Sequence record: SRR16203515_3347
Length of the DNA: 38,320 nucleotides
Reading direction: 5' to 3' (one strand)
Shown here piece by piece: positions 28,141-38,320 of the stretch. Below the pieces are notes generated by a model. The model ran no database searches and was not told the origin of the DNA. It was given only the letters and a program-made list of their open reading frames with translations. The number at the start of each line of letters is the position of its first letter. The first letter of the stretch is position 1. The position numbers and the translations under genes are program-made.

Positions 28141-29319
28141 TTATTCTCCTAACTCTAACAATCGCTGCACAGCAAAATCGGCAGAACTCTTAGTTAAATC
28201 ATTTTTGTCAATCGCCTGTTGGTAGGCTGCTTTCGCCGACGAAAAGTTTCCACTACTGTCATGTGCTATCGCTGAACCTAACCACCAACGTCCATTTTGA
28301 GGTTGTATTTGCAGTAATATTTCATAGGCATTAATTGCCGTTTCAAAATCACCGATTTCCTGTGCCACGCTTGCCATTAACACCTGATACTCTTTATCAG
28401 CAGAATTTTCGTGACCCTTTAATACTTTCAAGGCGGCAGGATAATTTTCATTTGTTAAGTATATACGAGCTTGCATTAATCGGAATTCAGAATCTTCGGG
28501 GTCTATTGCAAGACCTTGAGACAGCAGGTTTAGCGCGGGTTGGTATGCTTGTCTTCCAAACCACAAAGCAGCAAGTTGCTTGCGAGTATGCTTATTGTCG
28601 GGATCTAATAAGAGAATATCTTCATACAACGTTTCTGCTTTGCTGATATTACTCGCCGCAATCGCCTTTTCTGCTTGAACTAATTTTTTTTCTACCAACT
28701 CGCCTGTCGTTAACTGCCTTCTCGACACAGAAATTTTTGTAGGTTTAGATGCAGGCGTTTGTGTTTTTTCAATAGTTTTCGAGTTGTTCTCTGCACTAAC
28801 AGTAACAGCCTCAACTTCGTTATCAGTTGAAGCGGGAATTACTTTTGTAGCGCCACTAGCAGTGTCTTGATTACCACCAAAGGCTTCTGTCGGTTGCTGC
28901 TTTATGTTTGATTTAGCCGGTAACGCTGTTGTCGTTAAGTTTTCAGGTTTCTGTTGCACTGACGCCTGAGTAGATTGCTGTGAAGACAAAGCTCGCGGCG
29001 CCAACGAGGCCGTTTTTAACTGATTTGAACTTGCTTCTTTTTTGGCTAATTTTTCTATATCTGATTGTTGCGCATTAGCACTAGACTTATTAATACTCGT
29101 GTCGTTACTTAAACGGTTACTATTCTTAAGCGTTTGATTTTCTGAATATAGCTGCCAAACAAACCAACCGACGACATTAATAATGATAATAATAACGACA
29201 GCCCAAAAGAGACCTTTTTTTGAGGAAGTATTTTGGGCAGGAATATAGCCAGCTTGTGCTGTATTAGACTCTGTATTTCGTTGCTCTAGATCTTTAAGCA
29301 TTTGATTGATTACGCTCAC
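28141..29319 (-). CDS. mshN: MSHA biogenesis TPR protein MshN
   Basis: MSVINQMLKDLEQR start, TM segment, low-complexity linker, C-terminal TPRs (GRWWLG.AIAHD). Confidence 0.92.
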   Translation of the reverse strand: MSVINQMLKDLEQRNTESNTAQAGYIPAQNTSSKKGLFWAVVIIIIINVVGWFVWQLYSENQTLKNSNRLSNDTSINKSSANAQQSDIEKLAKKEASSNQLKTASLAPRALSSQQSTQASVQQKPENLTTTALPAKSNIKQQPTEAFGGNQDTASGATKVIPASTDNEVEAVTVSAENNSKTIEKTQTPASKPTKISVSRRQLTTGELVEKKLVQAEKAIAASNISKAETLYEDILLLDPDNKHTRKQLAALWFGRQAYQPALNLLSQGLAIDPEDSEFRLMQARIYLTNENYPAALKVLKGHENSADKEYQVLMASVAQEIGDFETAINAYEILLQIQPQNGRWWLGSAIAHDSSGNFSSAKAAYQQAIDKNDLTKSSADFAVQRLLELGE

Positions 29320-30221
29320 AGCTCAACCCCATAAAAAAAGAATGCAGTACCAATAAGTATGGTGCTTAAGATCATTGCTGATAATAAAAGCAAGCGACGA
29401 TTCGATTGCATGAATGCTCCTTCCGTATCAAGGATAGCGCTTTTAACGTGCGACTTGTTTATTTTATAGATTCCTTGTCCATAACCAAGCATCAACACTT
29501 TATGACAAAGGATATTCACTAAGCGAGGAATGCCATTACTCGCTTTGGTTATTTGTGCGCATGTAGCAGAGTTAAATAGCGACGCACCTTTGTAACCGGC
29601 AACATGCATTCTATGATTGATATAATGTTCGACTTCGTGTTTGTTAAGCGCCCGTAACTTATAAGAGAAAGTGATCCTTTGTTTCAACTGTCTAAATTTA
29701 TTCTCACTCAGCCTTTCGTCTAACTCAGGTTGTGCAAACAATACAACTTGCAGCAACTTTCGAGTTTCAGTTTCTAAATTTGTAAACAAGCGCAAAGCTT
29801 CAAGGCTTTCCGCTGGCAGTGCTTGCGCTTCATCTAGCATTAGTACAACTGAATGGCCTTGACCATGCAATTCCAACAGCCGATTTTGTATTCTTTGCGT
29901 AAGAAGTTGCGCTGACATTCTTTGCGCTTGCTTCACCCCTAGCTCAACAGCAACAGCGCGCCTCAACTCATCAGGGTTTAAGTAGGGATTAGGAATATAG
30001 GCCGTGACAAAATGTTCAGGTATTTCATTCAGTACCTTACGACAAAGTAGCGTTTTTCCTGTACCTACTTCTCCAACAACTTTTATAAAACCTTCACCCG
30101 TTTTTAAAGCTGTCAGTAAAACCTCTAGCGCTTCATTATGAGACGCTAACCCCAAATAGAAATTAGTATTCGGCGTTAGCGTAAATGGAAGCTCTTTGAG
30201 TCCAAAGTGGTACAAGTACAT
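29316..30221 (-). CDS. mshM: MSHA biogenesis ATPase MshM (ExeA family)
   Basis: MYLYHFGLKELPFTLTPNT, Walker A GEVGTGKT, DEAQAL, LRLFTNLETE, GIPRLVNILCHK. Confidence 0.95.
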   Translation of the reverse strand: MYLYHFGLKELPFTLTPNTNFYLGLASHNEALEVLLTALKTGEGFIKVVGEVGTGKTLLCRKVLNEIPEHFVTAYIPNPYLNPDELRRAVAVELGVKQAQRMSAQLLTQRIQNRLLELHGQGHSVVLMLDEAQALPAESLEALRLFTNLETETRKLLQVVLFAQPELDERLSENKFRQLKQRITFSYKLRALNKHEVEHYINHRMHVAGYKGASLFNSATCAQITKASNGIPRLVNILCHKVLMLGYGQGIYKINKSHVKSAILDTEGAFMQSNRRLLLLSAMILSTILIGTAFFFYGVEL

Positions 30222-30253
30222 ATTGGCCGCCGATATCTTTTAGATGTACGAGG

Positions 30254-31945
30254 TTATTCTTCGTCTTCTTCAGGAAACCATTCTTTTAGAAGAGAACGTG
30301 CATCTTGCATTTGATTCTTCCAAGTGTCTTGCCCTACAACAATAGGTTTCAGCAAAATAACGAGTTCTTTTTTCTCGGTTGTTTCGCTTCTGCTTTTGAA
30401 TAGTTCGCCAACAAGTGGAATGTCACCTAACAACGGTGTTTTTGACTCTAAGTCCACTTTACGAGTTTCGATCAAGCCACCAATTACCACTATTTCATTA
30501 GACTTAGCGCGAATAACCGTATCCGATTCGCGCACACTACTTTGTGCCAAAGGCAGAATAATATCGTCATTGGCCAATGTAATTTTCTTGGTTTGTTCGT
30601 CGGTAAGCGTTACAGAAGGATGAACGTGAAGAATAACGTCTCCGCTTTCATCAATCTGAGGTGTAACGTCTAAAGCAATACCTGAAAAGAACGGCGTAAG
30701 TTTGATTTCAGGGGTCACAGTCGTTGAAGTACCCGTTGTGGTTGTACTTGAAACTTCTGTTACAAAGTATTCATCTTCACCAACTTTTATGACAGCTTTT
30801 TGATTGTTTGTCGCAGTAATACGAGGACTTGATAGAATCTGAACATTACCTTGTGTTTGCAATAAATCGATAACACCAGAAAAGTCAGGCCCTGAAAAAC
30901 TAAGTGAAGTTGTACCACCGATACTGTTAGAAATAACGTTCCCGGCAATTTGACCTGATGTTGCAAAGGTAAAATTAGTATTGCCTACACTACTAAGCAC
31001 TTCATTCCATTTAATACCTTGCTGGTAATCATCTTTTAAGGTGACCTCCATTATCTTCGCTTCGATAATTACCTGACGATGGAGTCGCTTCTGAGTACTT
31101 TCAATGAAGCTTCGAACATCTTCTATCTCGTTAGGAAATGCTCTAATTGTCACTAAACCTGCTTGAGGGGATACAATAACCGAACGACCTCCTTCAAGAC
31201 CAACAAGCGCCTCTAAAGTTGTTTTCAACTCTTTCCAAAAGTCAGATTCGTTTTCGGTAAAAATATTGATCCCACTTGTTTGGTTTTTAGAGTTATTGTT
31301 GCCGCTGCTATTCCGATTATTATTGTTGTTGCTCGCTGTTGAATTGTTGTTACTGCGATTGCCGCTGTTATTCCCATTATTCGGATCGTTATCAGAAACG
31401 CCACCCGAGTTAATACTCGTTGAAGATTGTCCGAATCGCTTGATAAATAGATAATCAAGTACAATTGTCTCTGTACGAATTCCTGCCGGATAAACTTGAA
31501 TTACATTCTGCGAACGGCGAATTTCAAAACCATAAACGTCTTGGACGACATCTAGTGCTTCTTGCAAAGTCACTTCACTCAAATTCAGGGTAATAGAGCC
31601 TGTAACATCTGGGTGAACGGCGATACTGTTACTTGAGCCTTCAACTAAGGCAGCGAAGAACGCTTTTGCTTCAACATTTTGTGCTGCAATTTCGAGTCTT
31701 TTCTCAGCCAGTAATCCTTGCTTTGCTTGATTTAAATTCTGCTGCATTAGCTCCCGTTGGACTGAGCTAGGTACCTTTGCAAGCGGCTTAACCGTTTTAG
31801 GCTTACTGCTTTCCTCAATGGCAAGATCCAAGGCTTTGTTAATCGCCTTTGGTTCTTCTGGAACAGACTGGCAACCTGCTAAGGTTAATAAGGCAATACC
31901 AACGGGAAGGCTTAGTCGAAGTTTCATATTAGTTATTCTTTTCAT
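30254..31945 (-). CDS. mshL: MSHA outer-membrane secretin MshL
   Basis: Lipobox LAGC, Asn/Ser-rich N-domain loop, QVIIEAKIMEV, SSPRITATNNQKAVIKVG, PFFSGIALDVTPQI, PLLGDIP. The start could instead be 31927. Confidence 0.96.
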   Translation of the reverse strand: MKRITNMKLRLSLPVGIALLTLAGCQSVPEEPKAINKALDLAIEESSKPKTVKPLAKVPSSVQRELMQQNLNQAKQGLLAEKRLEIAAQNVEAKAFFAALVEGSSNSIAVHPDVTGSITLNLSEVTLQEALDVVQDVYGFEIRRSQNVIQVYPAGIRTETIVLDYLFIKRFGQSSTSINSGGVSDNDPNNGNNSGNRSNNNSTASNNNNNRNSSGNNNSKNQTSGINIFTENESDFWKELKTTLEALVGLEGGRSVIVSPQAGLVTIRAFPNEIEDVRSFIESTQKRLHRQVIIEAKIMEVTLKDDYQQGIKWNEVLSSVGNTNFTFATSGQIAGNVISNSIGGTTSLSFSGPDFSGVIDLLQTQGNVQILSSPRITATNNQKAVIKVGEDEYFVTEVSSTTTTGTSTTVTPEIKLTPFFSGIALDVTPQIDESGDVILHVHPSVTLTDEQTKKITLANDDIILPLAQSSVRESDTVIRAKSNEIVVIGGLIETRKVDLESKTPLLGDIPLVGELFKSRSETTEKKELVILLKPIVVGQDTWKNQMQDARSLLKEWFPEEDEE

Positions 31946-31947
31946 TA

Positions 31948-32274
31948 TTATTTCACTATTACGCTGGAAAAAACGTTAAGTTTCAGGCGTTCCGTTGCTG
32001 TTCTTAGCACAACACTGTCATTATTTACTGCCACTAATCGGTGTTCACCAATGTAGTCGCCAACTTGTAGTTTTTTACCACTAATCACAACCGTATGGAT
32101 TTCGTCGCCATGGATAATCGACTCCAAAACTAATTTTTGTTTTTCAATTTGTCCGCTGCTTCCGCCACTATATGCGAAAGGCCTAGTTGGATCAGTCGAC
32201 TGCGCCACTGCGGATGTTGAAATGACCAGTGCTAGAACTAGGCTGTTCCAGAGTATCGTTTTATATTTATACAC
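31948..32274 (-). CDS. mshK: MSHA biogenesis protein MshK
   Basis: Signal peptide, DPTRP motif, LVLESII; position between mshJ and mshL. Confidence 0.9.
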   Translation of the reverse strand: MYKYKTILWNSLVLALVISTSAVAQSTDPTRPFAYSGGSSGQIEKQKLVLESIIHGDEIHTVVISGKKLQVGDYIGEHRLVAVNNDSVVLRTATERLKLNVFSSVIVK

Positions 32275-32965
32275 CGATAAACTCCTGCTTAGTACTTAAA
32301 CTATACATTTCGATCACTAATTCGCTATTAGGGTATTCTTTTACTTGATAGGTAAACCCATGCCAAAAAAACTTCCAAGAAATCGCTTCTAGTTCACGTA
32401 AATAATCTCGTAGATTAAAATAACTGCCACTTAACTTGATGCGAATTCCATGCCGGTACAAATGAAGTGTTTCTAGCGAGCCTTCGGTTTCTTGAGCTTG
32501 CTCAGTTTGCGTTTCAGGATTTTCGCTCGCTTGAGAAGTCACTACAGGCTTCGCGCCGATAAGCTCAAACGACAATAAAGAAACGCCAGGTTGTAGCTGT
32601 AACAGTTTCAATAACGCATCACGCATTTGTATCGGATTAATTAAATCAGACGTCAGTTTTAATAAATCCTCGTCTATTTCTTTTAGCTCTCTTTCATAGC
32701 GAGTAATTTGGTTATTAATTTCTTGGTTAGGATCTTGTGCAAGCGCCGCGTTGAATTCATTGATAGAAAGATTAAGTGTATTGGTTTCTGCCACTAAGCT
32801 TCTATTATTCTTTTTATATTTAGCAATACCTGCAAGGCTTCCATCTAATGATAATGTGAAAATAATCATTACGATTGCGACAAGTCCAGTCAATAAAATC
32901 AGTACCTGCTCGCGAACCGAAATCCCCTCAAATTTACTTGAAAGTTCATGCCATTGCTTATTCAT
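32267..32965 (-). CDS. mshJ: MSHA biogenesis protein MshJ (PilO/GspM-like)
   Basis: SVREQVLI, DPNQ, LINPIQM, LYRHGIRIKLSGSYF, YSLSTKQEFIGV. GGAGG RBS lies 8 nt before ATG 32965. Confidence 0.92.
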   Translation of the reverse strand: MNKQWHELSSKFEGISVREQVLILLTGLVAIVMIIFTLSLDGSLAGIAKYKKNNRSLVAETNTLNLSINEFNAALAQDPNQEINNQITRYERELKEIDEDLLKLTSDLINPIQMRDALLKLLQLQPGVSLLSFELIGAKPVVTSQASENPETQTEQAQETEGSLETLHLYRHGIRIKLSGSYFNLRDYLRELEAISWKFFWHGFTYQVKEYPNSELVIEMYSLSTKQEFIGV

Positions 32966-33566
32966 CAGCATTTCCTCCGCTAAACGAAGAACTAACGACA
33001 AAGGTCGTTACTTTGTTTTCATTTTCTTCCAGTTTAAAATTAACGAAAGTCTTTCCTGACAGTAGTTTTGTATTTTGGAATCCGGCCAACCAAGCTGGCA
33101 CCGCTTCGGGCTTTCTAGCCAGCCCCGCAAATGTCATTTCATCATTCTTAATAACAACACGCTCTAGGCTTATTTCTTTATGGTGGTTATCAGCTAATTC
33201 GGTCATGGCAGTAGAGAAACCTGCGACATGCGCTTTAGAAGTATCTGTTAATTGTTGATGCAGCGCACTTCTATTAGCCATTGCTGTTTTTAATAATTCC
33301 AACCGCGCTTGTAAGCGACTATCCACTCTTCTATTTTGAATTTCTTTTTCCAGCTGCGCGACTTTGTTCTTTGCGTCTTTATTTTCAGCAACAATTTTTT
33401 TGTTTTCGTTCCAAAGCTTGTTTGCCTGCACTCCTGTTAAGAAACTCATCGATAGCATGACAATTAATACAACGACCCACAGCGCAGCAACATTCGTTAG
33501 CGTTAAGAGTTTTCGCTCTGGTAGTAGTTCAGGACCGAGCAGGTTAACGGTAAACTTATTAGCCAT
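32958..33566 (-). CDS. MSHA biogenesis protein MshI2 (PilN-like)
   Basis: VNLL start motif, TM, coiled coil, GFS..MTELA, GLA..PEAVPAWLAGF. Confidence 0.85.
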   Translation of the reverse strand: MANKFTVNLLGPELLPERKLLTLTNVAALWVVVLIVMLSMSFLTGVQANKLWNENKKIVAENKDAKNKVAQLEKEIQNRRVDSRLQARLELLKTAMANRSALHQQLTDTSKAHVAGFSTAMTELADNHHKEISLERVVIKNDEMTFAGLARKPEAVPAWLAGFQNTKLLSGKTFVNFKLEENENKVTTFVVSSSFSGGNADE

Positions 33567-34618
33567 TACACGTTTTCCTTGTCAGCTTGCAACGCCGCAC
33601 CTAAAGCACAAGCATTTTCTCGATGCTCAGGATATAACGCGGGTAACGTCAATAAATTAACAGGAACGTTGGTATTCTCCGCCAACCGACGGGCCAAATA
33701 CGCTTCATTTGCCATGGGTACCAATACTAATATTTCTTTTATTGACGCCTGCTTAAGTTGCCTTTCAAAATAGTCAGTTGAGCGCTGTATTTCTAGACTC
33801 AAGCTATCGATATTACCCATATCCAATTCTTCAGGAGATTTATCAGCGATTTGCGAAAAGCCTCGCAATCTGCGATGAAAATATAATTGCCCGTTTTTTA
33901 CGATAATCAGTACGATTTCTTCTTTGGGTTGCGCACAAACTAACAATACTGCATCTTTTTTAGCGGTCACTAAATTAGCAAAAGCGAACTCTTCCGTGGT
34001 AATGCTAGTAACTTTTAGGTTATCGACATTTAAGGCGCTTACGATGTCTTTTACCTCTTTTAAAGGCGAACATACCACATTGATTTTATTCTGCGCTTGG
34101 TTTTCTACAGGAGATTCGAAATAGTCGAGCAGCAGGTTATCTGGCGCGATAGTAACTAGATCTTTAATTTGCCACTTCAGTGCGCCATTAATTTCGGCAT
34201 CTGGAACAGCGGGTCTATCAACTTGAACAATTTGAGACATTGCTGCGGACAAAATAATGTGACAACTGCCTTCCCATTCTTTTTCGTCTTGAAGCGCTGA
34301 AATTTTATTTGCTGGCGTTTGCCCATTTAACAGCTCATTTGCTTGCTCTAAAGTATTATTTTCGGACGCAGTGTCGATTTTAGTCAATGCAGATGAGTCA
34401 ATAGGCTCTTGTTCTGAGGTATTCGAATCCAGAGTTGATGAATCTGGTTTGTCATTTAAAGCTTCGGTAGCAGCTAATTGGTCGTGCTTAGAAATATACT
34501 GCCCTGTTGCTCTCTTGAGATAGCAATAGCTAACAGACTGCTGACGCAAGCTTAAACCTAATACTTGAGCAGCATTCTTTTTAGAAAACATGTTACTTAA
34601 ACGAGTAATAACTGACAT
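33566..34618 (-). CDS. mshI: MSHA biogenesis protein MshI1 (PilM-like)
   Basis: QIVQVDRPAVP..EI.GALKWQIKDLV, LDYFE, FHRRLRGF, LSLEIQRSTDYFERQLKQA. Confidence 0.9.
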   Translation of the reverse strand: MSVITRLSNMFSKKNAAQVLGLSLRQQSVSYCYLKRATGQYISKHDQLAATEALNDKPDSSTLDSNTSEQEPIDSSALTKIDTASENNTLEQANELLNGQTPANKISALQDEKEWEGSCHIILSAAMSQIVQVDRPAVPDAEINGALKWQIKDLVTIAPDNLLLDYFESPVENQAQNKINVVCSPLKEVKDIVSALNVDNLKVTSITTEEFAFANLVTAKKDAVLLVCAQPKEEIVLIIVKNGQLYFHRRLRGFSQIADKSPEELDMGNIDSLSLEIQRSTDYFERQLKQASIKEILVLVPMANEAYLARRLAENTNVPVNLLTLPALYPEHRENACALGAALQADKENV

Positions 34619-34787
34619 GTATCGATATCATTATCTATAGAACAAAAAGTGTTAATACCATTATCCTCATATCATTCCAAGGCGCAAGCAATTTAATAGC
34701 ATTTACTTACGATAAGCATACATAATCGCTGACATTTTTTCATTTTCGTTACATTTATTATAGGACAGTAAACAGCAGAATTACCAA

Positions 34788-36749
34788 CTATGCGTCTTGT
34801 ACCGGAGAAGTAAAGAAATGGCCTTGGCCAGCAGCAACCCCTAAATTAATCAATGCCGCCAACTCGTGCTTGCTCTCAACGCCATGTGCGTATACTTCAA
34901 TGTGTTTAGAGTCGCACAATACTTTTAAGCTCCTAATGACTAATTGATTTTCAGTTTTTTCGTGTACGTTGGAAACGATTGAGCGATGGAGCTTAATACC
35001 TGTAAAAGGGTAACTGTCTAAGTATTTTGCACTAACTACGTATTGACCCACCTTATCGACTAATAACGCAACTTTACGCTGCTTTAAACCATCTAGAAAC
35101 GTTTTCAATTCAGTCAAGTGTGCAACTAATTGATACTCGCTGATCTCTAAACTCAAGAGAGTTAACATTTCTGTTTCTTGTTCGAACAAATCGAAAAAGA
35201 AGCTGTGGAACTTAACCGACAACATAGATTCAATAGACAAATTTAGGCTACGATGCTCAACGGTTTTTTCACCGGATTTCCTTTGCACATTAAGCTGTTT
35301 GGTAATTAGTTGGAAAGTTTGCAATAAAATGGCTTTATCTACCTCAACCGAAACTCCTGCTTTTCTAGCCATAGGTAAGAAAATTTTAGCGTTGATTAGT
35401 TGGCCATCCTCATCTCTTACTTTTGCCAATATTTCATGGTGAATGACTCTATTGTTTATTAACGACACTAGTGGCTGATAAAACAAAACAAACTTTTGGT
35501 GCTTAGCGACACTTTCTAGAAAGGTTCGCCACTTTAGTGAACCTTTAGCTATTTGACGGCCGACTTCTCCAGATTCAAACATGAACCATTGAGACGGGCC
35601 TTGAAGTTGCGCCGTCCGCAGTGCCATATCCGCTTCTGCCATGACTTGATAGCTATCTTGAGGAGAGTCAAAGCAATTCACACCAATATGAAAAAACTGA
35701 TCGGCATTAACGCCAATCGGTAACGGCAAATTATTCAGATTATCAAGCAGGCGGGCCGAAAGTTTTGATGCTTCTTTTGATAACAGCTGCGGTAATAAAA
35801 TCGAAAACTCGAATTCTGACTGCCTTGCCAGAATCGCATGACCGGCAGCAGAGATTCGATGTTCGATTGTTTCTGTAATTGACTTCAGCAACTTATCAAG
35901 TACTTCTTCTCCATAGAGCCCAACAATTAAGTCAGCATCTTGTAGCTGAATCAGTAAGACTGTTCCTTGAGCATCTTCTTCTAACAAATAAGCTTCCAGA
36001 CAATTATTGAAGTACTGCCTATTTCCAATACCTGTGACCGCATCTAATAGCGTACGGTTACGAAGTTGCTGATCGAAATTACTGTCCGCTTGTTGCGCTT
36101 TTAATAATTTATTCTGAATGATTTCAATTGCCTTTCCAATGTGTGAATTAGATGGCGCATGAGCAACTGCTTTCTTATCAATAACTTCATCGGCCCATTT
36201 GATTAAATCATGTTGGCTGTCACTCGATATGCTATTTCGTCGGTGAGTATTGAGTAGTGCTGATAAAATCAAACACAAAATTAAGATAAACAACCAAAAA
36301 TAGTATGAGGAGAGCAATACGTAGACAATGTTTTCCTTTACGAAAACAAGCCCATTGTATCTAAGAATCTGCTGGTCAAAGGAGGTTGATATTGATTTAC
36401 TAGCTAATTGTTTTAGCCGTTTAATTTCAAAATTAGCATCCGTACCAATCAGTAGAATACCGACATGCTGTAATTTTTTTTTGAGTGCCACAATCTTTGA
36501 AGACAAAGCCTTGTGATTACTCTCAAGGTCAAGGCCATGGTTAACCTTAGGCTTCAAAGACGCTGATAAACTCATTACCGTTTGCTGATCTAAAGACAAC
36601 AATTGATTCACGGCCTGCTGCTGGTTTTTAAACAAAAGACTTAACCAGATGCACAGCACTACGAAAGCAAAAGCACCTGCTAGTACGAGTTTGCTTTTTA
36701 TGCCAAAGTTTGTATTTAGAATTTTCTTCTGGGACATAGAGCGCTTCAT
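34788..36749 (-). CDS. csrD: CsrD/MshH-like membrane protein with degenerate GGDEF and EAL domains
   Basis: Two TMs; DAVTGIGNRQYF; GGDEF replaced by SEFEF; EADMALRTAQLQGPSQWFMF; KGSLKWRTFL; HHEIL; VDKVGQYVVS; KLHRSIV..ENQL. Lies directly upstream of mshI. Confidence 0.88.
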   Translation of the reverse strand: MKRSMSQKKILNTNFGIKSKLVLAGAFAFVVLCIWLSLLFKNQQQAVNQLLSLDQQTVMSLSASLKPKVNHGLDLESNHKALSSKIVALKKKLQHVGILLIGTDANFEIKRLKQLASKSISTSFDQQILRYNGLVFVKENIVYVLLSSYYFWLFILILCLILSALLNTHRRNSISSDSQHDLIKWADEVIDKKAVAHAPSNSHIGKAIEIIQNKLLKAQQADSNFDQQLRNRTLLDAVTGIGNRQYFNNCLEAYLLEEDAQGTVLLIQLQDADLIVGLYGEEVLDKLLKSITETIEHRISAAGHAILARQSEFEFSILLPQLLSKEASKLSARLLDNLNNLPLPIGVNADQFFHIGVNCFDSPQDSYQVMAEADMALRTAQLQGPSQWFMFESGEVGRQIAKGSLKWRTFLESVAKHQKFVLFYQPLVSLINNRVIHHEILAKVRDEDGQLINAKIFLPMARKAGVSVEVDKAILLQTFQLITKQLNVQRKSGEKTVEHRSLNLSIESMLSVKFHSFFFDLFEQETEMLTLLSLEISEYQLVAHLTELKTFLDGLKQRKVALLVDKVGQYVVSAKYLDSYPFTGIKLHRSIVSNVHEKTENQLVIRSLKVLCDSKHIEVYAHGVESKHELAALINLGVAAGQGHFFTSPVQDA

Positions 36750-36888
36750 TATTATTGTTATTAAAGCAAAGGCTATGATTTGGGAGCAAGTTTTAAGCGT
36801 TAAGGTGCTGAACTTAAAACTAAATCCGATTCAAAAGGAGCCCGTTTAAAGCACTATAGTACATTTAGATAGGGATTAAAAATTGGGT

Positions 36889-36924
36889 AAAAAAAAACAC
36901 CGCTTCATCGAAATGAATACGGTG
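36889..36924 (-). terminator. Intrinsic terminator of the rpsF-priB-rpsR-rplI operon
   Basis: Minus strand CACCG-TA-TTCAT-TTCG-ATGAA-G-CGGTG followed by T9. Confidence 0.85.
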
Positions 36925-36960
36925 CTTTTGAACAATCGCTAATAAGCGTTATTTCAGCAA

Positions 36961-37413
36961 TTAAGCTTCAGCAATAACGTTAACTTTGATTGTTGCGTCT
37001 ACGTCGTTGTGTAAGTGAAGAACGATATCGAACTCACCAACTTCACGAATAGAACCTAATGGTAAACGTACTTCAGCTTTCGTTACAGCAACGCCAGCTT
37101 CAGTGATCGCATCAGCGATATCACGAGTACCAATTGAACCGAAAAGCTTACCTTCGTCACCAGCTTTTGAAGCAATAGTTACTTCAGCTAATTCAGTAAG
37201 TTTCGCGCCACGAGCTTCAGCAGCTGAAAGTTCACCAGCAAGCTTTTTCTCTAAATCTGCACGACGAGCTTCAAAGTGCTCAACGTTCTCAGCTGATGCA
37301 AATACTGCTTTACCTTTAGGTAATAAGTAGTTACGAGCATAACCTGACTTAACAGATACCTTGTCGCCAAGGCCGCCTAATTTGGCGATTTTATCAAGAA
37401 GAATTACTTCCAT
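36961..37413 (-). CDS. rplI: 50S ribosomal protein L9
   Basis: [50 protein letters not shown]; 150 aa from ATG 37413. Confidence 0.99.
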   Translation of the reverse strand: MEVILLDKIAKLGGLGDKVSVKSGYARNYLLPKGKAVFASAENVEHFEARRADLEKKLAGELSAAEARGAKLTELAEVTIASKAGDEGKLFGSIGTRDIADAITEAGVAVTKAEVRLPLGSIREVGEFDIVLHLHNDVDATIKVNVIAEA

Positions 37414-37433
37414 TTTCAAAACCCCTTATTAGG

Positions 37434-37661
37434 TTACTTATGTAAATCAGTATATGGTAGAAGCGCTAAGTAACGAGCACGCTTGATCGCACGACCAAGT
37501 TGACGTTGATATTTAGCAGCAGTACCAGTAATACGGCTAGGAACGATTTTACCACTTTCAGTGATGTAGTTTTTAAGCGTAGCTATATCTTTATAATCGA
37601 TAGAGGTAGCGCCTTCCGCTGTGAAGCGGCAAAATTTACGACGTCTAAAAAAACGAGACAT
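37434..37661 (-). CDS. rpsR: 30S ribosomal protein S18
   Basis: [44 protein letters not shown]. Confidence 0.99.
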   Translation of the reverse strand: MSRFFRRRKFCRFTAEGATSIDYKDIATLKNYITESGKIVPSRITGTAAKYQRQLGRAIKRARYLALLPYTDLHK

Positions 37662-37670
37662 GGATTTCTC

Positions 37671-37994
37671 CTAATTAATCATTTCAATCTGTTGAGCATG
37701 TAAAACCAAAAGCGGGTTACCATTTTTGGATTCGTGGCGATTTATAAAACCTGCCACTCTTAATTTACTGCCCTCAGTTAAATCACGAGTTAAGTCTTTT
37801 GACATTTGTCCAGTTGCCACTACTTGTATTCTTACAAACGCTTGTCTGTTCATGCCAGCTTCTTGTTGGATAGATTTATGGTCTATCGAAAACTGACAAT
37901 GTTGAATACCCGCAGGACTTGTTGACAATTTAGGTGGTTTTACCACCTGACCTACCAACACCAAACAATTCTCTAGGCTAGAAAGTTCTATCAT
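37671..37994 (-). CDS. priB: Primosomal replication protein N
   Basis: SPAGIQHCQFSIDHKSIQQEAG..RQA, LVLHAQQIE; lies between rpsF and rpsR. Confidence 0.95.
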   Translation of the reverse strand: MIELSSLENCLVLVGQVVKPPKLSTSPAGIQHCQFSIDHKSIQQEAGMNRQAFVRIQVVATGQMSKDLTRDLTEGSKLRVAGFINRHESKNGNPLLVLHAQQIEMIN

Positions 37995-38016
37995 AAAGAA
38001 TATGTCATCCGGTTAC

Positions 38017-38320
38017 TTATTCTTCGCTCGCAGCTTCTTCTGTAGTTTCAGTAGCAGCTGGTGCTGGAGCAACCTCTTTGTTCACTTCGCGGCGTTCTTC
38101 GCGACGGTCTTCTTTAGCTGCAGCCATTGCTGAAGCTTCAGTTACCGCGCCTTTAGTGCGCATGATCATGTTACGAATAACAACATCGTTATAACGGAAA
38201 GAAGTTTCTAGTTCATCAATAACTGCTTGAGGCGCTTCAATGTTCAAAAGAACATAGTGTGCTTTGTGCAATTTGTTGATTGGGTATGCTAATTGACGAC
38301 GGCCCCAGTCTTCAAGACGG
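38017..38320 (-). CDS. rpsF: 30S ribosomal protein S6 (5' end runs off the right edge)
   Basis: Frame is open to the edge: [49 protein letters not shown]; ends in Glu-Glu. Confidence 0.98.
   Translation of the reverse strand, partial: RLEDWGRRQLAYPINKLHKAHYVLLNIEAPQAVIDELETSFRYNDVVIRNMIMRTKGAVTEASAMAAAKEDRREERREVNKEVAPAPAATETTEEAASEE

Noticed and set aside
31274-31400. AAT/AAC-rich stretch in mshL as a tandem repeat or contingency locus
   Set aside because: Imperfect and in frame; it encodes the Asn/Ser-rich loop usual in MshL secretins.
32958-34618. mshI split as a frameshifted pseudogene
   Set aside because: Clean TAATG coupling, and the second ORF begins with a proper PilN-like VNLL plus TM segment; a two-gene mshI is known in Shewanella.

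Overview
Chromosomal window from a marine gammaproteobacterium. Protein style and gene content suggest Alteromonadales, probably Colwelliaceae (Thalassotalea/Colwellia-like); this is inference. About 34 kb is one minus-strand run: rpsF(partial)-priB-rpsR-rplI, csrD/mshH, a complete MSHA type IV pilus locus (mshI1-I2-J-K-L-M-N-E-G-F-B-A-C-D-O-P-Q), then mreBCD-maf-rng-yhdP-nitrilase-tldD. tldD is broken by a 1-nt frameshift. The left end holds a PrsT-like TPR gene that the ORF track missed because it runs off the window, a divergent PEP-CTERM gene and a small membrane protein. The most unusual feature is a second PEP-CTERM gene inside the MSHA pilin operon, between mshO and mshP, with its own promoter elements and terminator. 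Both PEP-CTERM genes, about 18 kb apart, have the same upstream layout: a TGT-N11-ACA box, exactly 61 nt, then a sigma-54 -24/-12 motif. Another sigma-54-like motif lies just after the inserted terminator, in front of mshP-mshQ. No rRNA, tRNA, CRISPR array or mobile element was recognised.
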